Made by a program: the position numbers and the translations under genes. From a virus (lineage: Duplodnaviria; Caudoviricetes), in IMG/VR virus record IMGVR_UViG_3300031953_000045, positions 1 through 41,388 of that record: a stretch of 41,388 bases of DNA. One strand, written 5' to 3'. The notes beneath the pieces are model-generated. The model searched no databases. It was not told the origin of the DNA and saw only the letters and a list, made by a program, of their open reading frames with translations. Shown in pieces: positions 18,406-27,466 of this stretch. The number at the start of each line of letters is the position of its first letter. Within the stretch, counting starts at the first letter, position 1.

Positions 18406-20900
18406 TGGCCACACTCGAACAACTCCATGCCGCGCTCATCAAGGCGGATGCCGCTGGGAATGCCGACGATGCCAAGGTGTTTGCCGATGAGATCCGCAAG
18501 ATGCGCGGCGCACCGGTGGCCAAGGCCGCGCCCGAGAAGTCGTTTGCCGGCACCGTGCTGGACACCGCCCTGGGTGGCCTGCGCGATGTCAAGCAGTTCG
18601 GCGTGGACCTGGGCGCGGGCGCGCTGCGCGGCGCGGGCTCCATCGGCGCGACGCTGATCCGCCCGTTCGAGTCCGGTGCGGACAATGCCGCGCGGCGCCA
18701 GGGCATGGACGCGGCGCTAGAAAGCCGGGGCGCCCGGCCCGATTCGCTGGGTTATGGCGCGGGCAAGCTGGGCGGCGAGATTGCCGGCACGGCCGGCGCA
18801 GGCAGCGCGCTGGGCAACGGCCTGGCGCGGCTGGCGCCGGGCATGGTGGCCAATGTGCCGCGCGCCGCGCAGCTGGTCGAAGTGCTCCGGTCGGGCGGCT
18901 TCACGCTGGGCGGCCAGGCCGCGACCACGCTCGGCGGGCGGGCGGCCGATGTGGGCATCCGTGCGGCGGGTGGCGCCATCGGTGGCGCGGTGTCGGCCGG
19001 CATGGTCAACCCAGATGACGCGGCCACGGGTGCGCTCATTGGCGGCGTGCTGCCGGTGGCGGTACAGGGCATCGGCGCGGCGGTCGGCGCTGCGGGCCGT
19101 GGCATCCGTGCAATGCGCCAGCCGCAAGAGGTCAAGCTGGCAAACCGGCTGGCCGAACTCACAGGCATGAAACCCGAAGAACTGCGCGCCGCACTGAGCC
19201 AGCAAGGCCCGAACATGCTGCCGGGCTACCAAAAGACCGTTCCGCAAATCCTGCAAGACCCCACGGTCAGCCAGCTCCAGCGCACGCTCAAGACCTCCGG
19301 GGCCAATGCCATCGGCGACGCCGAGCGGGTGCAGCAGGGCCAGATGCGCGCGGCGCTCGAACGGGTTGCGCCGATCGACCTGAGCGTGCAGGATGCGGCG
19401 GCGCGGGCGGGCGGGGCAATCCAGTCCTACGCCGTGCCCGCACGGGAACAGGCCAGCAAGGGCGTGAGGGCGCTGTTTGATTCGGTCGATCCATTCGACC
19501 AAAGCGCGCTGAACCTGCCGATTGACCGGATGAAATCGGCCTCTGCCGAATACCTTGGGCCGGGCACGTTCGGCACGGGCAGCAAGGCGGCGGACGCCAT
19601 TCGCACGGCTGAACAGGTCGGCATGCAGACACTGCCCGCCATCAAGGCCATTCCGCAATCGGCCGGGCAGACGCAATCACTCGAACAGGCGGTGCGCAGC
19701 CAGGGCGGCATCCGGCCCGGCGAGTACCTGGGCAGGGAAATCTCCGAGCTGGGCCGCAAGCAGTCGAAAACGACCGGGCTGGTGGCCAGGAACGGGCGCG
19801 ACATCGAAGCCATGGCGACCACCATGCACGAGCGCGGATTCATCCCCGACGATGACCCGGCAACGCTGCTGGATATGCTGCGCAACGGCGGCGGGCGCAA
19901 TGCCTACGCGGCCGACCATGTGGAGGCGGGTTTTCAGCGCATGGCGGATAACGCGGCTGGCGACTTGCCGGGTGCCGAGACGATCAGCAAGGCGGTGCCG
20001 TTTCGCACGGTGCAAAATCTGCGTTCGTCTATCAATGAGCAGTGGAAGGAAATTGTTGCCAAAAAGGGGGCGACCAAAGAAAGCGCGGCCTTGAAGGAAA
20101 TGATTCAAGCCATTGACGACAAAATTAACAGCGCGGCGGCAGGCAACGCTGGGCCTGACGAGCTGTTTATGCAGGACATGGCGGACACCTACCGCGAAGC
20201 CTTGGCCGCCCATGGGGCAAAGAAACTGAAATTTGAAACCGGGCCGCAAATTGGTATGTTCCGGCAGGGGGCCGATGGTCAGACGGCTATTCAGGGCGCC
20301 GAGATTCCCGGCAAGTTCTACAGCGGCCGGCGCTCTCAGGTCGATGACGTGAAGGCGCTCAATCGCCTGGTGGGCGACCAGCCGGCATTGATCGGCGACA
20401 TGAAGCGCTACGCCGTGACCGAAGGCGCCAGCACAGCGAACGCATCGGACGAGCTGACCAGCAAGTATGCCAAGTGGCTCAAAACCCGCTCAGGCGCGAA
20501 CCGCGAACTGTTCACGCCGCAGGAAAACGCCACGCTGGGCGAAGTCGGCAAGGCCGTCGAGCGCGGGCTGCGTGCCGAGAACCTGGGCCGCGTCAGTGGC
20601 TCGGACACGGCGCAAAAGCTCGCCGCGCTCAATGACCTGGGCGTGCTGGATAACAAGGTGCTGGGCGTGCTGGCCACGCGCATTCCGTTCGTTGGCGCAT
20701 TCACTGCGCCCGTGTTGACGGGCTTGCGCGAAACGGCCGGCAAGACACGAAACAACGCGCTGGCAAAGCTGCTGTCCAACCCCGACGATCTGGCCAAGGC
20801 ATTAAAACCCGGCACGGTGCAGGGCAATGCACTGCTGCAGTACATGAACCGCGCGGGCGCGGCTGGTGCCAATGTGTTCCCGGTGCTTACCGCCCAGTAA
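18405..20900 (+). CDS. Large DNA ejection protein (gp16-like)
   Basis: 831 aa; Gly/Ala-rich hydrophobic N-terminal half; third ejection-gene position. Confidence 0.7.
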   Translation: MATLEQLHAALIKADAAGNADDAKVFADEIRKMRGAPVAKAAPEKSFAGTVLDTALGGLRDVKQFGVDLGAGALRGAGSIGATLIRPFESGADNAARRQGMDAALESRGARPDSLGYGAGKLGGEIAGTAGAGSALGNGLARLAPGMVANVPRAAQLVEVLRSGGFTLGGQAATTLGGRAADVGIRAAGGAIGGAVSAGMVNPDDAATGALIGGVLPVAVQGIGAAVGAAGRGIRAMRQPQEVKLANRLAELTGMKPEELRAALSQQGPNMLPGYQKTVPQILQDPTVSQLQRTLKTSGANAIGDAERVQQGQMRAALERVAPIDLSVQDAAARAGGAIQSYAVPAREQASKGVRALFDSVDPFDQSALNLPIDRMKSASAEYLGPGTFGTGSKAADAIRTAEQVGMQTLPAIKAIPQSAGQTQSLEQAVRSQGGIRPGEYLGREISELGRKQSKTTGLVARNGRDIEAMATTMHERGFIPDDDPATLLDMLRNGGGRNAYAADHVEAGFQRMADNAAGDLPGAETISKAVPFRTVQNLRSSINEQWKEIVAKKGATKESAALKEMIQAIDDKINSAAAGNAGPDELFMQDMADTYREALAAHGAKKLKFETGPQIGMFRQGADGQTAIQGAEIPGKFYSGRRSQVDDVKALNRLVGDQPALIGDMKRYAVTEGASTANASDELTSKYAKWLKTRSGANRELFTPQENATLGEVGKAVERGLRAENLGRVSGSDTAQKLAALNDLGVLDNKVLGVLATRIPFVGAFTAPVLTGLRETAGKTRNNALAKLLSNPDDLAKALKPGTVQGNALLQYMNRAGAAGANVFPVLTAQ

Positions 20901-20979
20901 GACCCTTCCAGAAGGCGTAACCCGCCGCCAGCACCACGACGACAAGCGCCTTCAAGAGTAGATAGTCAGTAAATTCCAT
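20887..20979 (-). CDS. 30-aa single-TM antisense peptide (candidate superinfection exclusion)
   Basis: MEFTDYLLLKALVVVVLAAGYAFWKGLTGR fills the gap; CTGGCG-17-TACAGT promoter ends 6 nt before the ATG. Confidence 0.55.
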   Translation of the reverse strand: MEFTDYLLLKALVVVVLAAGYAFWKGLTGR

Positions 20980-20990
20980 CCCGCAACTGT

Positions 20991-21022
20991 AAGCCCTGTG
21001 CGCTCACCCGCCAGGGCTTTTT
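20991..21022 (+). terminator. Intrinsic terminator before the tailspike gene
   Basis: AAGCCCTG...CAGGGCTT followed by T-run. Confidence 0.65.
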
Positions 21023-21042
21023 CCATTTCAGAAAGAAAACCC

Positions 21043-22800
21043 ATGGCAAGTGTTATCGCTGCAATCCCGAAATTTCAATTTTCCGCCAACGGCGTGCCTA
21101 TGGTAGGCGGCACACTGGAGACTTACATCGCCGGCACCACCACACCAGCAACCACCTGGCAGGACGCGGCCCTGAGCATCGCCAACACTAACCCAATCTC
21201 GCTCGATGCGCGTGGCGAGTGCGTGCTGTGGCTCGATTCGACTCTGGCCTACAAGTTCATCCTGAAAAACTCGGCCAGCAACGGCGGCGTCATCCAGTGG
21301 ACGCAGGACCACATCAGCAATCCCGCCATGATGCGCACCGACCTTGCCGGGCCGGCTGGCGCCTCCCTGGTGGGTGGCACCTGGTTTGGCGGTGTGGTGG
21401 CCACAGTGGCAGCGCTGGCAAGCTCTGCCGGCGCATCACTGCTGGGCTTCCTGCAGGCTGGCATTGGCGCGGTCGGCCGCTCGATCCAGTCCAAGCTTCG
21501 CGACTCGGTCAGCGCGCGTGATTTCGGTTGCATCGGCAACGGCATCGCCGACGACACGGCCGCGCTGACTCTGGTCAAGGCGGCCGCCATGGCAGGCGCG
21601 CACATCCACTTTCCCAAGGGCGTTTACCACACCTCGCAGCCGCTGAATTTCACATCGGCCGTGACCATCACCGCCGACCCCGGCACGCGCATCAAGCTGA
21701 CAGCAGCCGCCAGCTACGTGATGCAGGTTGACCTGACCAATGGCGGCGCAGCCTGGGGTTATGGCGTCAGCCTGCAGAACCTGATTCTGGATGGTGGCGG
21801 GTTCTGCGCCGATGGCCTGATCCTCAAGGGTGTGATTTCCTCCACTTTTACGAACATCCGCGCTACCAATGTGACCGGCGCCGGCCTACACCTGGCCTGG
21901 GCGCAGTTGTGCAGCTTCACCGATTACACCTGTAGCAAAAACGTCGAAGCCTTCACGACGACGCCAGTCAACGGGGTGCTGATCGACGGCCCGAGTTCTT
22001 CAGCCAACACCTTCACGAATCCCAGCATCGAGCACGTCACGGGCGCCGGCATCAAGGCGCTGTCGGCCATCAACACCGTTTTCATCAATGGCACGAGCGA
22101 AGGTTGCGCCATTGGCATTGAATTCGGTGCAGCGGTCAGCATCGGGCAAACCTCGCTGGGCAACACTGTCATCGGCATGGACCTGGAGGTTAATTCGACG
22201 GCTGACATTGTGCTGAGAGCCACGGCCACCTCGAATACCTTCATCGGTCTGAGTTCGGGCTACGCGTCGCCGGCCGTGCAGGTGCTCGGCTCGGCCAATA
22301 ACAGCTTTTACGGCGGCATCACGAGCGGCTTTAACTTTGACGCGGCGAGCCGGGATAACACGGTGGATAGCGTCAAGATGCTAGGCCCTGGCGCCACGAT
22401 CACCAACGCCGGCACGCGCAACGTGTGGCGCAGCGCCTACAACATTTCGACGGCCACTGTGATTCCAGATTCCGGAGGGCGTGTGCGCACCAACAACGTG
22501 CTTGGTGCTGGCTCCACGGTAGCCATTAATGCGGCTGTGACGGATTACTGCGTTGCATCGGCGACCGGTGCGACGCTGACCATCGGCACGCCGACCAATC
22601 CGAGTGACAACCAAATACTCGATGTCACGGTCCACAACATCAGCGGCGCGGCGTCGGCTGTGACCTGGAGTTCGGCATTCAAGCTGGCCGGCTGGTCCAA
22701 CCCTGCGACTGGGTTTAACCGCACGGCGCGCTTTCGATATGACAGCAATTATGCGTTTTGGTACGCGCTGTCCGTCAGCGCCACTGACATTCCTAATTGA
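21043..22800 (+). CDS. Tailspike / depolymerase (parallel beta-helix)
   Basis: N-terminal head-binding motif NTNPISLDARGE; KLRDSVSARDFGCIGNGIADDT pectin-lyase-like start; Asn/Thr/Gly beta-helix repeats. Confidence 0.85.
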   Translation: MASVIAAIPKFQFSANGVPMVGGTLETYIAGTTTPATTWQDAALSIANTNPISLDARGECVLWLDSTLAYKFILKNSASNGGVIQWTQDHISNPAMMRTDLAGPAGASLVGGTWFGGVVATVAALASSAGASLLGFLQAGIGAVGRSIQSKLRDSVSARDFGCIGNGIADDTAALTLVKAAAMAGAHIHFPKGVYHTSQPLNFTSAVTITADPGTRIKLTAAASYVMQVDLTNGGAAWGYGVSLQNLILDGGGFCADGLILKGVISSTFTNIRATNVTGAGLHLAWAQLCSFTDYTCSKNVEAFTTTPVNGVLIDGPSSSANTFTNPSIEHVTGAGIKALSAINTVFINGTSEGCAIGIEFGAAVSIGQTSLGNTVIGMDLEVNSTADIVLRATATSNTFIGLSSGYASPAVQVLGSANNSFYGGITSGFNFDAASRDNTVDSVKMLGPGATITNAGTRNVWRSAYNISTATVIPDSGGRVRTNNVLGAGSTVAINAAVTDYCVASATGATLTIGTPTNPSDNQILDVTVHNISGAASAVTWSSAFKLAGWSNPATGFNRTARFRYDSNYAFWYALSVSATDIPN

Positions 22801-22819
22801 CCGTCATAACTACCGCCTC

Positions 22820-22846
22820 AAGCCGCCACTGAGCGGCTTTTCTTTT
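22820..22846 (+). terminator. Intrinsic terminator after the tailspike gene
   Basis: AAGCCGC-6-GCGGCTT followed by T-rich tail. Confidence 0.7.
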
Positions 22847-22865
22847 GTCTCACTGAAAGCCATCC

Positions 22866-23171
22866 ATGCCAACACTCACGATTTCCGAATTCTCTGGCCT
22901 TGCCACGAACGAGCGCGGTGGCCTGTCGCCCATTGCCGCACTGCCCGCCACCGTCAACCAGGTCATCACCATCGGCGCCAGCTCCGCCCAATCTATCGCG
23001 CTGAACGCCAGCACTACGCTGATCCGCGTCGCCACGGACACCGCCTGCCGCATCCTCGCGGGCACGAATCCGACCGCGCTGGCAACCTCCTTGCCGCTCG
23101 CTGCCGGCCAGTCCGAGTACTTCGGCGTGCCCGCTGGCGGCTCGCTGAAAATCGCCGTGATTGCCGCCTGA
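22866..23171 (+). CDS. Small structural adaptor protein
   Basis: 101 aa, beta-rich (LIRVATD...GTNPTA...EYFGV). Confidence 0.65.
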   Translation: MPTLTISEFSGLATNERGGLSPIAALPATVNQVITIGASSAQSIALNASTTLIRVATDTACRILAGTNPTALATSLPLAAGQSEYFGVPAGGSLKIAVIAA

Positions 23172-24283
23172 TGTTTGGCCTGCATATGGGCCGCATGGGC
23201 GGCTCTGGACAAATCGGCGCCAGCGCACCCCTCTGGACCCCCGCACAGATCAATTTCACGACCGGCCTGTGGATCAAGGCAGCGCCGTTTTCCAACGCCT
23301 ACCAAGACAGCGCAGGCACCACGCTGGTGACTGCTGTGGAGCAGTCTGTGGGCTTGGTACTGGATAAGAGCAAGGTCGCAGGCCCTGAGCTAGTCGCTGG
23401 CTCGGCGGTTGCATCCAACGGCAACGGCACCGTATCCACAGCAGGCAATATCATCAGCATCACTTGCACGGTGCCGGGGGTATTTGGGGCGAAGGTGCCG
23501 CTGTCGGCAGCGTCCAACATCAGCCGCTACCAAGCCAAAGCGACCATCCTGTCAACGCCCGGACGTTCGACTTACTTCAGCGTCAGCGGGTCATCTGATT
23601 ATCTGTTTGGTATCGCTACGGGTACGGCGTCGTGGTTTGCGGCAGTCCCTGCGGCTGGTACGGCAGGCTTCTTGTACCTTGTGTTCGCTGGTGGGCAGGT
23701 GGGCGATGTCATCACTGTCAGCGCCAGCTCGTTGTCCGTGAAGGAATTTCCCGGCAACCACATGACGCAGGCCACCTCGACGGCAAGGCCCCTGACTAAA
23801 TCCGACAGCGGCATCATCAATTACAAGTTCGATGGCATTGACGATGGTCTGAGCACGGGCGCGGCCACGTTCGGTAGCGATATGGACTGCTTTATGTTGG
23901 TGCGCAGGGATAGCGCGGCGCAAGTGGTGCTGGCTTATCAAACAGCAGGCGGTGCGAACTATCTGGGGGCCATGGATGCGACAGCGGGCACAGCGTCTTC
24001 GGGTGCTGGAACTCCGACTTATGCGGTCAACGGCGTCGATGTAGCGGGCGGCACCGCAACCACACGCACGCAACTGGCTGCTGCTATTCCCACAGGGCAG
24101 TGGGTAGTCGTTGAAATCCGCAATGCCAATTTGTCGGCGTGGGCGGCTTTGGGTATTGGCGCTTTCGCCAGCTATCCGCTCAACGGAGCTACGCCGGAAT
24201 ACATTGCCTGCCCAGCCCAGACCCCGGAAATCAGAACCAAAATCCGCCAGTATCTTGGCGCTCAGGCAGGACTCACGCTATGA
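23171..24283 (+). CDS. Second fibre/spike protein (lectin/LamG-like)
   Basis: YQDSAGTT...LVLDKS, GNHMTQATSTARP and FDGIDDGL motifs; ATG overlaps the upstream TGA. Confidence 0.6.
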   Translation: MFGLHMGRMGGSGQIGASAPLWTPAQINFTTGLWIKAAPFSNAYQDSAGTTLVTAVEQSVGLVLDKSKVAGPELVAGSAVASNGNGTVSTAGNIISITCTVPGVFGAKVPLSAASNISRYQAKATILSTPGRSTYFSVSGSSDYLFGIATGTASWFAAVPAAGTAGFLYLVFAGGQVGDVITVSASSLSVKEFPGNHMTQATSTARPLTKSDSGIINYKFDGIDDGLSTGAATFGSDMDCFMLVRRDSAAQVVLAYQTAGGANYLGAMDATAGTASSGAGTPTYAVNGVDVAGGTATTRTQLAAAIPTGQWVVVEIRNANLSAWAALGIGAFASYPLNGATPEYIACPAQTPEIRTKIRQYLGAQAGLTL

Positions 24284-24672
24284 CCAACTACGTCAATCGC
24301 TGCATGATTGTTCCTGCCGCCTATGCCCCGTTGGCCCGTGCCTTGTGCGCAGGCATGACGCCGGGAGATTCGGGCTCAGGCATGTTCGCTGCGGGCTTGT
24401 CGGCCACAGGCAATGCCCCGGCCACGCACTACATCAGCTCGGGGATGATCTACGACACCTTTGCCGACCTGCTGCCCCTGAAATCGTTTGATGCCGAGGG
24501 CAAGGCCACGACAATCCCCGGCCAGCCTGCGACCATCGTCACGCTCGCAGAGGGCGTGGTTACGCTGGCGCAAGTCAACGGGTTGCTCGCTGCGGTCGAT
24601 GTGACGGAGCAAGGGCCGCATACGGCTATTGCCCGGATGGGTCTGCAGCAAGTAAGGATGGCGCTGCCATGA
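24280..24672 (+). CDS. Hypothetical protein (fibre-associated/chaperone)
   Basis: ATGA-coupled; LSATGNAPATHYISSG motif. Confidence 0.6.
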   Translation: MTNYVNRCMIVPAAYAPLARALCAGMTPGDSGSGMFAAGLSATGNAPATHYISSGMIYDTFADLLPLKSFDAEGKATTIPGQPATIVTLAEGVVTLAQVNGLLAAVDVTEQGPHTAIARMGLQQVRMALP

Positions 24673-24953
24673 GCGAATACTGGAAAACCTGGGCGCAATA
24701 CCCTGGACAGGCGTTTATCGCCTTCGACCAACTGCTGAACGCCCTGATTCCGCCCTGGGGCGGCACGCTCAGCTATGCGGACGAGACTTTGAGCGCGCGT
24801 TGCTACCGGGCGCACCGCGACGGCAAGCTGTTCGGCAAGCTCTTGATGCCGCCCATCAACCTGCTGTTTTGCTGGCAGGGGCCGGACCACTGCAAAAACG
24901 CCTGGCGCAAGGAAATCGACCGCCGCAATTTGCCACCGGAGTACCGGCCATGA
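24669..24953 (+). CDS. Conserved phage protein (DQLLN...DETLSAR...DHC family)
   Basis: Recognisable motif; ATGA-coupled. Confidence 0.7.
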   Translation: MSEYWKTWAQYPGQAFIAFDQLLNALIPPWGGTLSYADETLSARCYRAHRDGKLFGKLLMPPINLLFCWQGPDHCKNAWRKEIDRRNLPPEYRP

Positions 24954-25276
24954 GCCAGATTTTGAGCGACATTTACCTGTTCACCGGCTGGCCGCCCTAC
25001 GGCTGGTTTGCCGCGCTGGTGCTGGCATCCCTTGCCGATGCACTAACGACCATCTACGCACTGCGTCAGCCCGGCATGCGCGAATCGAACCCGGTCATGC
25101 GCTGGGTGATGGACAAGCTCGGCATCGTCCCGGCGCTGGCGCTGGTCAAGGGCCTGCCGCTGCTGTCGCTGTTCTACGGCTTGCAGGAGCACATCCTGTA
25201 TGTCCCGCTTGGCGTAGCGGTGTATGTCGCTGCGGCTGGCTGGAATCTGGCTGTGATTCACCGGGGGCGCAAATGA
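24950..25276 (+). CDS. Membrane protein, DUF5658-like
   Basis: DALTT...RESNP motif; about three hydrophobic segments. Confidence 0.6.
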   Translation: MSQILSDIYLFTGWPPYGWFAALVLASLADALTTIYALRQPGMRESNPVMRWVMDKLGIVPALALVKGLPLLSLFYGLQEHILYVPLGVAVYVAAAGWNLAVIHRGRK

Positions 25277-25596
25277 TCCAAGACAACTACGGCAACCTGG
25301 TGCATGCGCCCGGCTTCGAATCCTTGACGGCTCGGCTTGACGACGGGGATGCGCGCATGGGGCGCATCGAAAGCGACCTGGCGGAAAACACCGCAGCGAC
25401 ACAAGAAGCGGCATCGACTACGGCCTCAATGGCTGAAAGCGTCAGCGAACTCGTTAGCATCATGAACGCACTCAAAGGGGCATTCCGGGTGCTGGAGTAT
25501 GTCGGCAAGCTGGCAAAGCCACTCGGCTACATCGTCAGCCTGGGCGCGGCGATTGCCGGTGTGTGGGCAGCGATGCGCCACGGGAGCCCGAGATGA
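25273..25596 (+). CDS. Putative holin
   Basis: Coiled coil plus C-terminal TM segment, directly upstream of the endolysin. Confidence 0.55.
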   Translation: MIQDNYGNLVHAPGFESLTARLDDGDARMGRIESDLAENTAATQEAASTTASMAESVSELVSIMNALKGAFRVLEYVGKLAKPLGYIVSLGAAIAGVWAAMRHGSPR

Positions 25597-26087
25597 ACGA
25601 CGCCTTGCGAGCGCGACTACTCAAGGTCAGCAGCGCGGGCGCCATTGCAATTGCCGGCGTGCTGGTGACGTGGCATGAGGGGCGCATCTACACGCCTTAT
25701 TTAGACCCTGTGGGCAAGTGGACGGTCTGCGAGGGAATCACCGGCCCCGATGTCGTCATGGGCAAGCGCTACAGCAATGCCGACTGTGACACGCTGCGCG
25801 ACAAGCACCTGACCATCGCGGCGCTGGCGGTGAATCGCGTCATCACCGTGCCGATGAACGACTGGCAGCGCGGCGCCTTGATTGACTTCACCTTCAATGC
25901 CGGCGAGGGCAACCTGAAAAGCTCCACGATGGCGCGGCTGTTCAATGCTGGCGATTACCGGGGCGGCTGCCTGCAGTTGTACCGCTGGACAAAGGGCCGC
26001 GTCAAAGGCGTGCTGACCGACTTGGGCGGGCTGGTACGCAGGCGTGGGGACGAGGCTGAAATCTGTTTAAAGGGGAAACCGGCATGA
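25593..26087 (+). CDS. SAR endolysin, GH24 lysozyme
   Basis: N-terminal weakly hydrophobic SAR segment, then HEG..PYLD..WTVCEG.T catalytic triad; GLVRRR. Confidence 0.9.
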   Translation: MNDALRARLLKVSSAGAIAIAGVLVTWHEGRIYTPYLDPVGKWTVCEGITGPDVVMGKRYSNADCDTLRDKHLTIAALAVNRVITVPMNDWQRGALIDFTFNAGEGNLKSSTMARLFNAGDYRGGCLQLYRWTKGRVKGVLTDLGGLVRRRGDEAEICLKGKPA

Positions 26088-26137
26088 ACGCGATTTATTG
26101 GGCGATGGTGTGGGCGTACTGGAAGGGTAAGCGGTGA
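26084..26137 (+). CDS. 17-aa Trp-rich peptide MNAIYWAMVWAYWKGKR
   Basis: ATGA overlap with the endolysin stop and GTGA overlap with the Rz start. Confidence 0.35.
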   Translation: MNAIYWAMVWAYWKGKR

Positions 26138-26490
26138 TTCCGCTGCAGACGTTCGCGGCCGGCGTGGTGCTGGCGGCTTTGCTGTCGGCCGCTGGCGCCT
26201 GGCAAGTGCAGGCCTGGCGCTACACCGCCAAGGACGCCGCACGCATCGAAGCGCAAGCCGAACAAGCCCGCAATGACCGACAGGCCGCGCAAGTGGCCAG
26301 CGAAGGATTTGAGAATGACAGAGCCAAGACTGAAATCAAGTTCCGCACCATCACGCGGGAGGTGGAGAAGATCATTGATCGGCCTGTGTACCGCGATGGC
26401 TTGTGCATGGACAATGACGGGTTGCGCATACTCAACGCAGCCATCAGAGCGCCTTCCAATCCCGGCGAACCTGGCGGCGCCGTGCCCTGA
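26134..26490 (+). CDS. i-spanin (Rz-like)
   Basis: N-terminal TM, AWQVQAWR, REVEKIIDRPVY..C..DGLR motif. Confidence 0.8.
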   Translation: MIPLQTFAAGVVLAALLSAAGAWQVQAWRYTAKDAARIEAQAEQARNDRQAAQVASEGFENDRAKTEIKFRTITREVEKIIDRPVYRDGLCMDNDGLRILNAAIRAPSNPGEPGGAVP

Positions 26491-26614
26491 GCTTGAGGAT
26501 TTGAGCGACGGCACCGGGGGCGCTGTGCTGACGTGGGCTATTGGGACCGTCAGGGCTTATCAGGAGTGCCGGGACAAGCATCGGCGGCTGGTGCTGGCTT
26601 GGCCGGCGCAGTAG
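26315..26614 (+). CDS. o-spanin lipoprotein (Rz1-like); start uncertain
   Basis: Overlapping +1 frame; MTGC lipobox; PANLAAPCP...YQECRDKH. Confidence 0.75.
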   Translation: MTEPRLKSSSAPSRGRWRRSLIGLCTAMACAWTMTGCAYSTQPSERLPIPANLAAPCPELEDLSDGTGGAVLTWAIGTVRAYQECRDKHRRLVLAWPAQ

Positions 26615-26927
26615 GAAGCGGCATCCAGTGCGTGGGGTCGCGCATCGGCACGGTCTGCGCTCCGTCGCGGTCGTACTCGCCATAGGCCCAGCCCGCCAGT
26701 CCAAGCTGCCCGGTCATGCAGTAATCGCCGGGATGTGGCCACACGATGACCTCATTCCACTTTTCGGGCCGGCGGTCGGCGACGCTGATCCATCCATCGG
26801 GACGCAATGCCCGATCGGCGGCAATGGCCGCGCGTACAGCATCTGTCATGCCCAAATCGCCTTTATCCCAATCTTTAGACTGGTCAAGAATCTCTGCAAT
26901 TTGCTCGTCTGTCAGTTCGCTGCTCAT
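26550..26927 (-). CDS. DUF551-like protein
   Basis: WISVADRRPE...THWMPLP signature. Confidence 0.75.
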   Translation of the reverse strand: MSSELTDEQIAEILDQSKDWDKGDLGMTDAVRAAIAADRALRPDGWISVADRRPEKWNEVIVWPHPGDYCMTGQLGLAGWAYGEYDRDGAQTVPMRDPTHWMPLPTAPAKPAPAADACPGTPDKP

Positions 26928-27127
26928 ATCGTTCCTTTGTTGTTTTCCTGCCGCCGAATCTCAAGGTTCAGCAGCCCTTGCAGCCAGGGGGAGCCGCCAA
27001 GGGCCACATAAGCCGCGTTTTGCCGGTCGGTCAGCCTGATGGCGCGTGGCTTGGTCGGCTCTGCGTCAGGCTTGCGCCCGGCGCCGGGTTGTGCGCCGCC
27101 GAAGCCCTCGCGTGGGCCGCCTCTCAT
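26924..27127 (-). CDS. Small RHH-like DNA-binding protein
   Basis: PGAGRKP...AIRLTD...LGGSPWLQ. Confidence 0.65.
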   Translation of the reverse strand: MRGGPREGFGGAQPGAGRKPDAEPTKPRAIRLTDRQNAAYVALGGSPWLQGLLNLEIRRQENNKGTI

Positions 27128-27279
27128 GGCTTGCCCCGGTACACAGCCCGAATCACCTTGGCGCTGGTCTTGATGTCGATCAAGCGGGACAGGCTGAATC
27201 CAACCGTCCGGCCTTGCTGGTAGGCCAGCCGCACCATGCGGCGGGCTTCCTTGTCTGCCGCCGCCTGCTGGTCAAGCAT
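27124..27279 (-). CDS. Hypothetical basic 51-aa protein
   Basis: MLDQQAAADKEARR...; coupled to neighbours. Confidence 0.55.
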   Translation of the reverse strand: MLDQQAAADKEARRMVRLAYQQGRTVGFSLSRLIDIKTSAKVIRAVYRGKP

Positions 27280-27406
27280 TCTTGATCCAGTCTTCGGCTT
27301 CCTGCTTGGTTTCCAGCACTTGCAGAACTTCGCCGGCGGCATCCAGCACGCGGAACAGGCTAGAAGACTTGCCGAGGAACTTCATGGTGATTTTGCTGAT
27401 GGTCAT
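27272..27406 (-). CDS. Hypothetical 44-aa protein
   Basis: MTISKITMKFLGKSSSLFRVLDAAGEVLQVLETKQEAEDWIKNA; GGAG RBS; own promoter. Confidence 0.65.
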   Translation of the reverse strand: MTISKITMKFLGKSSSLFRVLDAAGEVLQVLETKQEAEDWIKNA

Positions 27407-27438
27407 TTTGTTTACTCCGTTGTGTTGTTGATGTCTCT

Positions 27439-27466
27439 ATTGTATATCGTTAATCTCAAATCACAA
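27439..27466 (-). promoter_or_regulatory. Cassette promoter TTGTGA-16-TACAAT
   Basis: AT-rich intergenic sequence with sigma70-like elements. Confidence 0.55.

Noticed and set aside
22739-23170. N-terminal extension of the fibre gene to 514 aa
   Set aside because: Overlaps a terminator and the 22866-23171 gene; ATG 23171 is coupled to the upstream stop
21043-24283. Diversity-generating retroelement or invertible tail cassette
   Set aside because: No reverse transcriptase, invertase or TR/VR repeat pair seen
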